From Octopus sinensis (taxonomy: Eukaryota): 64,000 nt of DNA. The translations under genes were made by a program, and so were the position numbers. The DNA lies in assembly GCF_006345805.1 (NCBI RefSeq), contig NC_043003.1, positions 96,658,001 through 96,722,000 of the forward strand, given 5' to 3'. This document shows, in pieces, positions 12,680-26,896 of the stretch (the stretch's first letter is position 1; every line of letters begins with the position of its first letter). The notes beneath the pieces were generated by a model, which saw only the letters and a list, made by a program, of their open reading frames with translations, made no database searches and was not told the DNA's origin.

Positions 12680-13070
12680 CTATATAGGGGCGATGCTTTG
12701 CCATTACCGAGAGGGTTGAATGGTGACACACTCGATTGGCTCAGGAATGACTTAACACATGCTTTTAATTTTCTTTGATTCAAAGTCACAATAGAGACCA
12801 ACGAGAAAGTAATTGATTTCTTGGCAGTTACAGTTAATGTAGATCATTCCGGAATACAAACCATTCCAAAAATTAAATGTAAAGCTGATGCATAATAACA
12901 CAGTTTCCTGTCATCCATCCATAGTTTCCTAAAACCTGTTGAAGGGGGTCAGCAGAAAAATCTCTTACCTACTTTCAAAGGTCTTTGACGTGGCGCCGCC
13001 GTACTCTAGCTAGGCCATGGCTACTAGTAGTTTCAAAAATACGATTAGTTATATACCCGGCCCCAAACCT
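12680..13070 (+). pseudogene. Decayed Penelope-like reverse transcriptase fragment
   Basis: Reads YRGDALPLPRGLNGDTLDWLRNDL..F..FKVTIETNEKVIDFLAVTVN...SCHP, matching the PLE RT pattern YRDD...KITIE.N.K.VDFLDVT...SNHP. Confidence 0.7.
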
Positions 13071-13215
13071 TCTATGGGAAAACGCTATTGTAAGGCATAT
13101 AGTTCACGTTTCCATTTTATTTTAATTTAAAATCTTGTGTTGTTAGGCTCTTATAATGATTAACAGATAAGCATTTTCCGCAGTCACATACTCTACGATA
13201 CAAGAAAAACTTTTA

Positions 13216-15650
13216 TAGGCACACTCGATGGTCACATTCAGTTGCACTCTTAGCATAAAGAAAATGTTTGTAAATAAGCCCGAATGTAGCACAGAACCAT
13301 AACTCATATACACCCACTAAATGGTCCAATATAATACAAAATCTGTTGTATGAGACAGGAGTAAGCTCGAATAATTTTAATTTCGCATGTAATGTTTAAA
13401 ACCTATTATCCTACTACAAGAACCAGTGGAAGACGTTACAAGCTTCACACATCTAGGAAGCACAGTGACTAGCATCGGTGATGCACAGACAGATGTAATC
13501 TGAAGAACTGGCAAGGCAGCGGCTGTATTTAGAAGATTGACATCACTTTAGTATAGCAATAACGTAAGTATAGAGCTGAAGATTCATCTGTACAAAACAG
13601 CAATACTGCCAATAGCGATCTATGCAACTGAGACCTGGAAGATGACAACAAAAATCGCCCAATAACGACGTATTTTATCAGCGATTTTATCAGAATTACT
13701 TATCAAGACAGAGTGACAAATGAAGCCATTCTCCAAGCAACAAGAGTAATGCCCCTGCATGCCATTGTAACCGAACGAGGAATAGGAATGGCTGGAGACA
13801 TATTAAGACTGTTGTAAAAGAGGCTTGCCAAAATAGCCATAGGCTGGACGCCGCTGGAAGATAAGAGAAAAAGAGACTGGCCAAGAAAGATATGGCGTAG
13901 TATCTTCAAAGGAAACCCACGTAGATTGAACATAACCTGGGAATAACCGTACCTGTATTGAAGAAAACAACAATAACTTCTTTATTTCTTTTACTCGTTT
14001 GGCAAGTTTTGATGTACATGTAAATTTGTGCAGTGAAGCTGAAATTGTTGTATCTTGGGAGGATCATACTAACAATGAAAATAGACACACCAGAACTGTC
14101 TGAGTAGCATTATAAGCCCCTAGGCAAATTGATACATTGGGCCCTATAGTATGTGTTGGCAACAAGGCACAACATAACAAGTCCGCATTGGGCTCCAAAG
14201 CCACTGAGGTCCCTGGGTAACTTCTCTCTCTCTCTCTTTCTCTCTTTCTCTGTCTGTCTCTATCCATTTCTCTCTCTCCTCTCTCTTTCGCTTTCTCTAT
14301 TGTTCTCCCTCTCTCTCCTTCCTTCTCTCTCCTTTTTCTTTCTCTCTTTCTCAGTCTTTGTATAGGCACACTCGAGGGTTACATTCAGTTGCACTCTTAG
14401 CATAAAGAAAATGTTTGTAAATAAGCCCGAATGTAGCACAGAAGCATAACTCATATACACCCACTAAATGGTCCAATATAATACAAAATCTGTTGTATGA
14501 GACAGGAGTAAGCTCGAATAATTTTAATTTCGCATGTAATGTTTAAAACCTATTATCCTACTACAAGAGCCAGTGGAAGACGTTACAAGCTTCACACATC
14601 TAGGAAGCACAGTGACTAGCATCGGTGATGCACAGACAGATGTAATCTGAAGAACTGGCAAGGCAGCGGCTGTGTATTTAGAAGATTGACATCACTTTAG
14701 TATAGCAATAACGTAAGTATAGAGCTGAAGATTCATCTGTACAAAACAGCAATACTGCCAATAGCGATCTATGCAACTGAGACCTGGAAGATGACAACAA
14801 AAATCGCCCAATAACGACGTATTTTATCAGCGATTTTATCAGAATTACTTATCAAGACAGAGTGACAAATGAAGCCATTCTCCAAGCAACAAGAGTAATG
14901 CCCCTGCATGCCATTGTAACCGAACGAGGAATAGGAATGGCTGGAGACATATTAAGACTGTTGTAAAAGAGGCTTGCCAAAATAGCCATAGGCTGGACGC
15001 CGCTGGAAGATAAGAGAAAAAGAGACTGGCCAAGAAAGATATGGCGTAGTATCTTCAAAGAAAACCCACGTAGATTGAACATAACCTGGAATAACCGTAC
15101 CTGTATTGAAGAAAACAACAATAACTTCTTTATTTCTTTTACTCGTTTGGCAAGTTTTGATGTACATGTAAATTGTGCAGTGAAGCTGAAATTGTTGTAT
15201 CTTGGGAGGATCATACTAACAATGAAAATAGACACACCAGAACTGTCTGAGTAGCATTATAAGCCCCTAGGCAAATTGATACATTGGGCCCTATAGTATG
15301 TGTTGGCAACAAGGCACAACATAACAAGTCCGCATGGGCTCCAAAGCCACTGAGGTCCCTGGGTAACTTCTCTCTCTCTCTCTTTCTCTCTTTCTCTGTC
15401 TCTCTCTATCCATTTCTCTCTCTCCTCTCTCTTTCGCTTTCTCTATTGTTCTCCCTCTCTCTCCTTCCTTCTCTCTCCTTTTTCTTTCTCTCTTTCTCAG
15501 TCTTTGTATAGGCACACTCGAGGGTTACATTCAGCTGCACTCTTAGCATAAAGAAAATGTTTGTAAATAAGCCCGAATGTAGCACAGAAGCATAACTCAT
15601 ATACACTCACTAAATGGTCCAATATAATACAAAAACTGTTGTATGAGGCA
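13216..15650 (+). repeat. Tandem duplication of an approximately 1.15-kb unit (about 2.1 copies) carrying an RTE-clade LINE 3' fragment
   Basis: Unit starts ggcacactcga.ggt.acattcag at about 13218, 14365 and 15510. RTE-like translation YATETWKMT...RITYQDRVTNEAIL...GWTPLEDKRKRDWPRKIW at about 13480-13950 and 14627-15095. Confidence 0.9.
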
Positions 15651-16620
15651 TACACGTACTTGTTATCACTTACATACACGCATGCTATTTCATATCCTTG
15701 TCATGTCACAACTTGTCTTCTACTTTTGTTTCTTTCTAAATTATGCTGCGAATATTTTACAATAAAGCGGCCAATATTAAATCTATTAGATCCTTCTAAC
15801 AACATTATCGATATCGATCAACCGTGATCGATTTAGTCAACTGAACAGGAAAAATGCTATTTGTTAAATCAAACACACAATGCATGCTTATCATCTTATT
15901 AATTTAAAGTATGCAATTAATTGACTTCGTAATATTCCTATTAAATTCACTTTAATAATATGAATAATAGTTTTCTCTCTTCGCATATTCCTGTTTGTTA
16001 TTTAATATTGCTTTCATAAAAGTACTGTGGTGATAAGTGGGTCGGAAATCTATGTTTCACAGTTGAGTTCAGAACAAAAGAGAAATATTTCCGAGACCGT
16101 CTGCAATACATATCAGAATGTTAACAAACAATATTAATCATTGACTAAGAAAATTTGGTCTATATATTTTTTCTCATAGCAAATATATTTCTTACATACG
16201 TCTTTTGATATACCCACTGCTCTCTATCAGTCGCATAATGCGATGAATAGAGTTTGCACTTTAACGAGCTGGCAGAAACGTTAGCGGTATTTCGTCTGGC
16301 GCTACGTTCTGAGCTCAAATTCCGCCGAGGTCGACTTTGCCTTTTATACTTTCGGGGTCGATTAAATAAGTACCAGTTATGCATTGGGGTAGATATAATC
16401 GACTTAATCCGTTTGTCTGTCTTTGTTTGTCCCCTCTGTGAATAGCCCCTTGTGGGTAGTAAAGAAATAAAAAGTTCCACTTCAGCAATATTTAGATGAC
16501 TTGTGAACGGGAGGGATAACATCTATGAGGAAACGCAAGGCGTCGACGAAAATAAACTGGCTGGTCGGTTCGAGAAGACTTTCGGATTGGAGCGACAGAA
16601 CCGAAATTCTTGCACACAAT

Positions 16621-16760
16621 CACTAGCGTATCTAGGAGAGGGGCGGTAGGGGCAGTCCGCCCCGGGCGGCACTTTTAAAGGGACACCAGTTTTGGATCTG
16701 CTGTAGGAAATATGTCTTTTGTGGCTTCTGGGGGCGGCACACACTCTAATTACGCTAATG
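16621..16760. mobile_element. hAT-superfamily MITE
   Basis: TIRs cactagcgtatctag / ctaattacgctaatg. Flanking 8-mers cacacaat / cacacaaa match at 7 of 8 positions (TSD). Confidence 0.75.
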
Positions 16761-18349
16761 CACACAAACAGTGTCCAACTTCTGCTGACTTGTGGGGTTA
16801 TGTCAAACTGATTGTTGTCACTTGTAGGGTGTACCCGACTATCGATCGGGTAACTCGTGAAGATCGATCCTCCGACCTGATTCGATAGGGTTGAGCCTGC
16901 AGCTTTCTATTGTGTGGTGGCTAAAGCGGAAGAGATTGCGTACTGGATGAGGTCGAAAGGATTAAAGACAAGCAGTCTCCCTCAATAACCTTTTTAAAGT
17001 TCTACTTAAAAAGCAAAATGAGGGTGGAGTGAGAAGTACTCTTCTACAATTAATTCGTCAAAAGATGGATTACAGTGGAGAAAATGGTCTAAAGTAGATA
17101 GGGGAACCTAGGTTGGGAGGAGACTCGTGTCCTTGATGGTTACATGGAGGCGCGTGACTTAGTGGTTTGGGTGCCGGACTCATGATTGTAAGATTGTGGT
17201 TTCGAATCCTAGAACAGGCAACGCATTTGTTCTTGATCAAAACACTCCATTTCACGTTGCTCAAGTCCACTCTGTTAGCAAAAATGAGTAATTCTGCGAC
17301 GGACCAGCATCCCGTTCAGGTGGGGAATGTATATGCCATGGAGACTGGGAAACTGGCCCTTATGAGTCAGTGTGACTCGAGAACGTAACTTTATTTTATG
17401 GTAATTTCATGGTTACGGTGATCTTGGATCTGTGGATTTCTTGATTGGTTCAATCTGGAGACCTTCCTGCACCATCCATGTATTCACATATTTTATATAG
17501 TTTTATCTTTAATCTTTTAATTGTTCAGTCATTGGACTACGGCCATGCTGTCGCACTGCATTGAAAAAGTTTTAGTCGAATGAATCGATCCCAGTACTTT
17601 TTTCTAAGCTTAGTGCTTATTTTATCCGACTCTTTTGCCGAACAGGGACGAAAACACACCAGCACTAGTTGACAAGTAGTGGTGGGGGATAAATACACAC
17701 ACACGCAAGCACGTACATATACACACACGTTTGTGCATATAACGAGATTCTTTCGGTTTCCATCTACGAAATCCACTCACAAGACTTTGATCGGCCCGAA
17801 GCTATAGTAGAAGACATTTGTCCATGATGCCATTTCTTACTTTTAGCAAATAAAAGAAATCCTCCTTGTCTTCCTAATCATCATCGTCGTCGTCGTTGCA
17901 GCCGCCGTCGTCGTCATCATTATCATCATCATCATCATCATCATCAAGGCCGCGAGTCGGAAGAATCGATAGCACACCGATAAAATGCTTGGCAGCATTT
18001 TATCCATATTTACGTTCTGAGTTCAAATATCGCCGAAGTTGATTTTGTCTTTCATCGTTTCGGGTTCGATAAAATACATAATAGTTGAGCACTTAGGGTC
18101 GATGCAATCGACGTAAGTCCGTCACCACAAAATTCAGGCCTTGTGCCTATAATAGAAAAGATCATCATCATCACCATAATCTTCCTCCTTCTCCTCTGCC
18201 TCATCATCATCATCATCATTAATGTGTCGAGTTGGGAGATTCGTTACTGCGCCGGGTAAAATGCTTAACAGCATTTCTTCCAAGTTTACGTTCCGAGTTC
18301 GAATACTGCCGGTGGCGATAAAATAAGTACTAGCTGCTTTTATTTATGC

Positions 18350-19310
18350 GGGTAGCAGATTACTACCTGTAACTTTTGATATCCGCAAGATTTTGGTAAT
18401 CTTTGAAGTGCTCAAAACCCTTCTGATAATCTTTCCTTTTCTTAAGAGGGGAAACTATCAATAGAAGGTCTACAGGATATTTCCTTCTAATCTCCTTCAA
18501 CCATTTGTCTATATTATTACTTACAATCCCCAATGAACCAATTACTACAGGCACAACCTTTGCAGATTTCGTATTCCACATTCTGGCAATTTCAAATTTT
18601 AAGCGATTTTATAGTCTTTCCATTTTTCATCTTCTTTCTTTCCAATCGTGGAATCAAACGGATATAATGCATCAATCAATAAGCAACATTGCTTTTCCTT
18701 GTCGATTATTGTACGTTATTTTCTATTTTCATTTCTGCTTGAAAATCCATTGGAAAATCGCGTGGAAATCTTGTATTTCTTCGACTCAAGCACTCTTTCA
18801 AGCAGATGATTATACCAAGTACTTCCAACTTCAAACCCCCATTTCTGACAAAGCTTCAGTGCAAAACTTTTGCAACTTAGTCATGCTTCTACTTCTTATA
18901 TTCTCCCTGAGCCAACTTAGATCATTTTGCAACGTGTACCATTGATTCATCCCAAATTCCACATACTCTACATTTTGGACCCATACACATATTTTCTCAA
19001 GCTGTTTTTATCGCTTAAGTTTGAGCTGCCAAAATAAGGCTCCTTATTTCTCTTTTTAGTTGCTCTTTTTTCAACGAAGTCCAGATTTTGTTCCACCCTC
19101 AGTGGCTTTCCAAAACTGACCATGTAAAAGCTTCTCAGGAATCTGTTTAGCACTCTCTCATTGAATTTTATTCTTGCCTTTTTCTCCTATGCCACCCTTG
19201 ATCACTTGATTTTTATTCACCGCCTTTAGTAATTTCTCTGTACTGTCCTGTAAATATTCTAGTAGGCTTTTCCTTTCCATCCGTACATACTCTTCCATGC
19301 TATATCTATG
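18350..19310 (-). mobile_element. Decayed R4/Dong-like RLE non-LTR retrotransposon, 3' part
   Basis: Across frameshifts the translation shows LHGQF, LAAQAQAIK, CRVCG..DES..H, HDKVAKVLH, and RMWNTKSAKVVPVVIGSLG (RLE tail). Confidence 0.75.
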
Positions 19311-19319
19311 ATCCAGCAT

Positions 19320-21245
19320 AGTTTGTTTTCGTTCTCAATTAAGACTATGTCCGGCTTCATATTCTCAATTTCATGGTCACACTGAATCATAAAATCCCAT
19401 AAAATCTTTGCATTTCTATTTAGACGATGCCTTCAGGTTTGTGGTCGTACCAATTTTTTGCTCTGTCAAGTCCATACTTTTTGCAAAGTGTCCAATGGAC
19501 AAGCCTGCCTATATTGTCGTGGCGTCTCATATTCTTTCTGGGCTAGTGGCGTACATTGGCTGGTAATATGCCATACGGTTTCACCGTTTTGTCTACAGAT
19601 TCTGCACTTAGCACTTTTTGCTGTGTTGTCTATTCTGTATTTTAAATCATTTTAAGTCATCCACATCCATCTTTTTTCTCTGTCTCTCTTATCTTGAACA
19701 TCTCTATGAAATTGATCATGCATTCTTTTCTTTACCCACCTATCTTCAGTTTCATTCGTTTTCAATTTCTTGTATAGTGCTTTATCTTTGCAATCTTTCG
19801 TCCTATAGCGGTTCTCTGGCATTTTTCACGTACCATGCTATGTTGTTTTCTTCTCCTCTAATGCTGTGTTCGCATCCAATAAGTTCTCTTCCCCCTGTTT
19901 TCCTGGTACATACAGTCTGCCTGTGTCACGTTTTGGGTGGAGTGACCCATATCAAGTTAGTAACTTCCTTGTCTTTCTGTCTAAGCTGTTTAGTTTGTCT
20001 ACTGTCCATGCGATTACCCCTGCTCCATATCTAAGTAGTGAAACCACCCAGGGGTTGATAGCTTCGATCTTATTCCGTCCGTTTAATTTCGACTTAAGTA
20101 TCAGCGCAAATACTCCACCCATAAATTGTTCTGTCATTTCTTTCTCCATCAATTTATCTATTTCCGAAATCCCCAATTACTTATAGCCCGTCTCTTCTAT
20201 CTGCTTCATAACCTCCCCCGACGGTATCGTTAGTCCGTCCATACATTTGATTTTGCCTCTCTTCAAGACTAACACAGCACACTTTCTCAGTCCGAACTCC
20301 ATTCTGATATCAGCACTGAAGCTATACACCGTACCAATGAGGAAACTGACTTTGGCTTCGTCTTTACCATAAAGTTTGAGGTCAACCAAGAATAACAAAT
20401 GGTTGTCTTTTGTTGGTGGCTTTGAATACACACCCAGCTTTTTCTTTCCTCAGAATCAGTGTTAGTAGTATCAAGCACATTACAAAGATCAGTGGGGACA
20501 GACCGTCCCCTTGGAACATGCCTCTCCTAATTTCTAATGTTCCTAAACTTCTTCCATATGCTGTCAGGTCCGTCCTCTGATTCGTCATACTTTTTCCAAG
20601 CAATCGCTCAACATTCGATGCAATCCCAAATAGGTTCATACACTCTATAATCCAAGAATGTGGGATCATATCGTACGCCTTACGATAGTCAATCCATGAC
20701 ATGCCTAAGTTACTTTTCTTCCTCTTGCTGTCTCTGAGGACAGTTTTGTCTATCAAGAGTTGATCCTTGATACATCTGCACTTACGCTTGCAACCCTTCT
20801 GCCCATGTGGCAGGACTCCATTGTTTTCCAGATGCTCGTACTTTGACTCTGCGAGTATTCCATTCAATAACTTCCACATAAGTGGCAAACAGGATATCGG
20901 CCTGTAATTGTCTACCATATTGCCTTTTTCGATGTTTTTCAGGCACAGCACTGTCCTACCCAATGTAAACCACTCTGGTGTTACTTGGTCGGCATTTAAC
21001 AAAGTGTTGAGTTGCGCAACTATTCGTGCATGACATTCACCAAATCTTTTGATCCAGTAGCCTTGAACTGCATTTGGTCCCGGGGCCTTCCAGTGGCTCA
21101 GTTGTTTGCTGATTTCCTTCACTTCCCTAACGGAAATGACCAGTTCTGCTCGTTTTGGACAGACTACTGTTTGTTTCAGTCCTTGCAACCATTCAGCATC
21201 CTTCTTGTGCTCCTTGTCTTTGCTCCAGATGTCACTCCAATACAA
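19320..21245 (-). mobile_element. R4/Dong-like RLE non-LTR retrotransposon (RT, CCHC finger, start of RLE), disrupted
   Basis: Motifs [57 protein letters not shown], zinc knuckle CRICRQNGETVWHITSQC, and ILWDFMIQCDHEIENMKPDIV. Confidence 0.9.
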
Positions 21246-21676
21246 CACTTTCTTTCCCTTATGATAAGGGCAAAGGTTTTTGTAACATTTGCAATTCTGA
21301 ACTCTTCCATATTCTCTTCTCTAAGATTCACCTTGTTAACACACTTATAGAGCGATCTTACAAATGTAAACACTGGCAGAAACATACCTTTAGCTCAAAT
21401 AAGTAATTTTACCAGTCTTTATAGTTTGAACAGTTAGTTTAACTTGCACTTTACTTCAATAGAGAAATCTACTTCCAAGCCTTTGATCAATTTTTTCAAT
21501 CAATGTGTCCCTCTTTATTTGTTCTCTAATTATTTCTTTACCCCTTCTCTTTCTAGTATCTGCCTTTGACGTCGAATCCACTAACGGTTTTTTAAAATAC
21601 TTAATAACGTTCTGTTTATCATTTATGCAGTCATCGAAATTGTTATAATGTCTTGTTGCTGAGGTAGGCTCTCTTT

Positions 21677-21759
21677 CTTTCCTGATGAGAAGATTGCATT
21701 TTACACCGTTTATTCCTTTGGAATAGAACCAATGTTGTCTTCGAAACATATGTCGAAAG
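21677..21759 (+). ncRNA. Type I hammerhead ribozyme with intact core
   Basis: Stem I ctttc/gaaag, core CTGATGA (21682-21688), stem II gaaga/tcttc (extendable), GAAA (21743-21746), palindromic stem III ACATATGT, cleavage triplet GTC (21752-21754). Confidence 0.9.
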
Positions 21760-21959
21760 CAAAATAATTTGAATAGCATCTGCGTTCAACTCCATTTATT
21801 TACTTATACTACACAAATTACTGTACATTAACTCGGAGTTTCTACCTTTCAATAGGTCGCTTCATCCTTGTTACTTGCGTGAATTTTGTTACCCTGGTAA
21901 CTGTTTATTGAATTTTCCATGTTAACGGTAAACAAAGGATAATTCATTCATCTATTTAC

Positions 21960-22057
<98 letters not shown>

Positions 22058-23079
22058 GAATAAGCCAGTGTAGGTTTAATCTGGATGGTCATTTGGGTTC
22101 GATCTAATCTGTTCTATTCGCAGAATAAATGTAAATAAACATCTAAACTAAATCGAAATCCTTAAGAATGCAGTTATTCATTTTTTGTTTTTGCTAGCAT
22201 TGTGTGTTAAAGGGGAATGATCAATATGAGTTTATCAAAACTATGCGAGAAGAGGGAGCAAAGATTTCTGGTTCAGCATTGTGGGGCGCATCTGCCTTGT
22301 GATTACTCGTACAAGACAGGAATCAATTCTAGGTAAAGGTTAAATGTGTGTCAAAGATAGGGTGCCACCATTCTTGAAGAATTCATTCAAGAAAAAAAAA
22401 AAGAAAAAGCAAGAGCAAGAAAGTATTCTCGTTTACGTTAAAATCGAAGATACTCGCGGGTTGTAAGTTGTTTTCATCCAGACATTGCGCAATTACTGTA
22501 GAATTTCATTTGATTTAGCGCTTGAAATTTTGTGGTTTTTGGCCAGTGAAGTTAAATGGTTTGCGTACAGTGTGTATTGAAAATTAAAGACAATAAGATA
22601 ATTTAATTTTATTTCTTTACAATTGTAATGATCCTCTTCTACTCATTAATTAAAAAGAGCTAGCACTCTGTCGTTTATGACGACGAGGGTTCCAGTTGGT
22701 TCGATCAACGGAACAGCATATGTTTTGCATATTGAATCACATATGCTAATTCAGTTCCTTTTACTTTTAATCATTTAACTAATTTATCGATATATTTCTT
22801 TCATTGAATTTCATGGATGAAGAGTTACTTTTTCGCGACTTGCTGTTTGGGTATTTAGGAACTGGCGATATATACACTAATTTCGTGAGCAGGCTGTTCC
22901 GCTGGAACAGACTGGAACGCTCGTCGTTGTAATCGACAGAGTGGTAGTTCTTTTTTTAATTAATGAGCAACCTGAAAATTTGATTTGTGTAGTAAAATTA
23001 AAGTTACTATTAAATATTCGAAAGGTGTTGTTGCATCATTTACACACAGTCATACCTACAAACTCATTGGTGACAGATA

Positions 23080-23120
<41 letters not shown>

Positions 23121-23329
23121 ACAAACACACACGAATAAACAATCACGTATATATATAATTATTCGTGTATAAGAGAGAGAGAAATAGAGAGAGAGAGCGT
23201 GTATGTGTGTGTTTGTATGTAATGTATGTATGTTCGTTTTTCTCTTTCTCTTAATTCAGAGAAAATCTATACCGGCCACTTACTTTGGAGAACGGTTGTA
23301 AAGGAAAGTATCTTGTTTTAACCGTCATC

Positions 23330-25240
23330 CTTTAAATCATAAGTAGGTCTTGCAGACTTTTATAGCCCTAGATATCATGATTATTAAGAATATGAATTAA
23401 GGATTTACTTTCTCTCCCCAAGATCCCAAGTTCAGCCATACTTTGTTTCAGAAGTGATGGTATGTATCCTATTGCTCCAATAATAAGTATGAAGCTGAAA
23501 GTGTATCTTGGGTACTGGATTTGCAAACTCCTTATCAATGGCCCATAGATGTCCTCTTTTCCTTGTGTTTTTCTAACCTCATTCGTGTCCAGAGGGCAGA
23601 TGATTTCTACTACAGAGCATATCTTATTTTTTGTGGTTGCACAGGGTTAAGATCTGGCCGGCTGTGTTTTAACTTGGAAGCTGTTTTAATTTTTAAGTTA
23701 CACCAGTATTCTTTTGATCTATCAGTCTCAAAATTGTCAACTTCATTTGATGATGTTTTCTTTTCTTGCTATCCTGTTTCACACTGTTCTGGCCACCACA
23801 TCATGCCTTATGGGAAGATAATAACTAGAAGACATTCTCTTACAGTTGACAATAATGTGATTGATGTCTTCAATTGTGGTCTTGCACAGTCTACGTTTGT
23901 TGGTTGTCAACGTTTTCTGCTTTTTATGCTACAGGTACTCGGTGGGAATCTCTTGTTCTTGGTTTGGATGGATGTAGCCTCCAAAGTGTCATAAACTTGT
24001 TAATACTTTATGCTAAGCTTTTAACATAATCAATCTCTTCTATGGTTTGTGTTTAACGTGCCAAGTACTCATGTATAATCTCAGTGAATAAGTTACTATT
24101 TTAATTCTATTCTTCTGATAAATAGATTTTAACAATGTTCCTTGGGGAGAGATCTGTATCAGCTCTTATTTCATACCGCCTCTCAAGACCATCAACTATT
24201 GTAGTTATGTTATTGGTTTCATGGTCACAAATTTGGGTAAGATACTTACTGCTCTCTTTCCTCGGCTGTAGATATTGTTTCAGTATCACAATACGTGTTT
24301 CATATGACATCAATACAGATTTGAGACCACGGCCACCATCCTTGCGTGGGAAGTATAACCTGTCTACATCTCCATTGATATTGAATTTTCCTGTAACATT
24401 GATCAGTTTGCAAGTTTGAACATCTATCTCAATGAGTTCTTGTAATGACCAGTTCACAAGGCCAAAACGTAGGTGTGAGGACGGGCACTGCTAAAATATT
24501 GTGGGCAATATGCTTATTGTAAACTGAGAGTTTTGATGATCATATTCTTTTTACTCTCCTGAGGTATTCATTTTTGGTCCGCTCTTTATTCATGAGTCCT
24601 TCATATCTGACATTCCCATCTTGTCCGAGATACCTATAATTGTCCTTTGACTATAGAAGTTGTATTGTCAAGCCGTTTATTCACAACTTTTCTACGTTTT
24701 GCAATTAAATATACACATTTGGAATCACCAAATTTAACCCCAATATCTGTAGAAAATTGGGCTATGAGGTCCAGTTGTTTTTTATATGGTTGATATTTGG
24801 CCCATACAGTCTCAGGTTGCCGACAAACAAAAGATGGGAGATATTTCTGGATCTATTTCTCTGGTCAGAAAGTTTTGTGAGTAGATATCATATGGGTTTA
24901 ATGAGTGGACAAAGAGCAACACCAACAGTCTATTACCCTGAAAGTTGCCTTTCCTTTTGGGGTTGCGAATGCTATCGGACTCGGTTTGCTCCTTATCACT
25001 CATAATGAGGAAAGTGGTGTGCCAAGTCTTGGTCGGGTGTTCAATTGCACTTATTAGTGGTTGTGGAACTTTGGTTAACTGTAAAGCCTTGATAATCCAC
25101 CCATGTGGTATACTATCTAAAGCCGTCTGATAGTTCAGCCACACTATGGTGAAATTCCTTCGATTTTGGTTTTTACTGTTTCTTCCATGATCATTTTGTT
25201 AATAAGTAGCTGCTGTATACAACCTCATACCTCCTTTTTA
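23330..25240 (-). mobile_element. Decayed R4/Dong-like retrotransposon (a different subfamily)
   Basis: Motifs WLNYQTALDSIPHGWII, DVDRLYFPRKDGGRGL and RHDVVARTV, plus an RLE-like C-terminus (..CPLDTN...IIGAIGYIP) across frameshifts. Confidence 0.8.
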
Positions 25241-25309
25241 CCTCCAGCTGACCCAGGTATTGTAATGTTGCTGGTGGCACAATTTATGTACGTATGTATT
25301 TAAGTGTGT

Positions 25310-25545
25310 ATATTTGTATGTATGTATGTATGTATGTATGTATGTATGTATGTATGTATGTATGTATGTATGTATGTATGTATGTATGTATGTATGTATG
25401 TATGCATGCATGCATGCTTGCATGTATGTATGTATGTATGTATGTATGTATGTGTGTATGTATGTATGTATGTATGTATGTATGTATGTATGTATGTATG
25501 TATGTATGTATGTATGTATGCATGCATGCATGCATGTATGTATCC
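25310..25545. repeat. (TATG)n microsatellite, representative of very abundant (TA)n, (CA)n, (TATG)n, (AAT)n, (CAT)n and (CT)n tracts
   Basis: Directly visible. Similar tracts lie at about 44680-44970, 47450-47600, 49340-49690, 37545-37650 and 51770-51900 and explain most low-complexity ORFs in the track. Confidence 0.99.
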
Positions 25546-25908
25546 TTAATTTCGATGTGAAATTCAATACGGTGTTAATCTATAGTTTGCTAGCTCCGAC
25601 AAGTTTGGGCATGCTGAGCAGTATCATCAAAGCATTTCTTCGGTAGGAGAATTGATTTTTATTGACTGGCAGTATATTATATGTAATACAGATATGCGTT
25701 TTTGCAATATAGATGTAACGCGTTTATGCAAGAGAGACGCCTTTCGTTTTACTACTTCGATCCTTACTCTATCTATAAAACCTTACGATTCAGAGTCATA
25801 CTAACATCTAGTTCTCCATCCCACAGTCTATTGTCATCGTGTGGAAAAGGCTTGTTAACCAATCTTTGATGTTGTATTTAATAAAAATAATCATTAAATA
25901 CATTAGAT

Positions 25909-26224
25909 AACTGGTTCTCAGCCAGTTTTTAAAACTATGGACAGCCTTTGATAATCATTCCATTCTGGTGGACGCCTAAAGCCATTCGATGCGTAAAAAA
26001 TTAGTTTTATAGAGGTTTCTTTCAAGATTCCTATTTTGTTTTTCACACAATAATTTGCATAAGTTGATCTATGTAAAACGTTAGAGAATGAAAAGCTGTC
26101 TCTTGTAATAAATGTACTTGAATAAAAAATGTTCATGCAACTTTAAAATACCGCTGTGGATTCCAAATTTACTATTTTCCTGGTATGGACCCCTCAGGGG
26201 TCATATCCTGGTTGAGAACCACTG
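25909..26224. mobile_element. hAT-superfamily MITE (CAGTGGTTCTCAACC-type TIR)
   Basis: Right TIR ggttgagaaccactg and degenerate left TIR aactggttctcagcc. Flanking 8-mers cattagat / catttgat match at 7 of 8 positions (TSD). Confidence 0.75.
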
Positions 26225-26441
26225 CATTTGATTCTAATGTCACAGATTCGTTGGGTAATGAAATGGCGGGGATTTCACTCTCGTTATGTGTTTGAATATT
26301 TTTCTGTGATAAACTTTTATGAATTTGGACATGTCTCTCCAATAATGAAAAACAAAATTCTAAATGTTTGTGTAATTCATGCTACCTGACCATCCATGAG
26401 GTGATATATTGGCAAGATTAAGAGAAGTTACGACATACGTA

Positions 26442-26551
<110 letters not shown>

Positions 26552-26785
26552 TTAGGGAGTAAATCCAAACTTACAGGGAAAAATTAGATTTAGGATTAGA
26601 TCTAATTTTATAGTATAGATATATATATTAAATTAGAGATAAAACCACTATTAGGCAAATCAAACTGTGAAAATCATAAACCAATACATAGAAATAAAAA
26701 TAATTAATAAAAAATATATAAAATATAAAATTCAAAAGTTAAATGTGTGTGTGTATATATGTGTATATATATGTATTGCATATTG

Positions 26786-26896
<111 letters not shown>

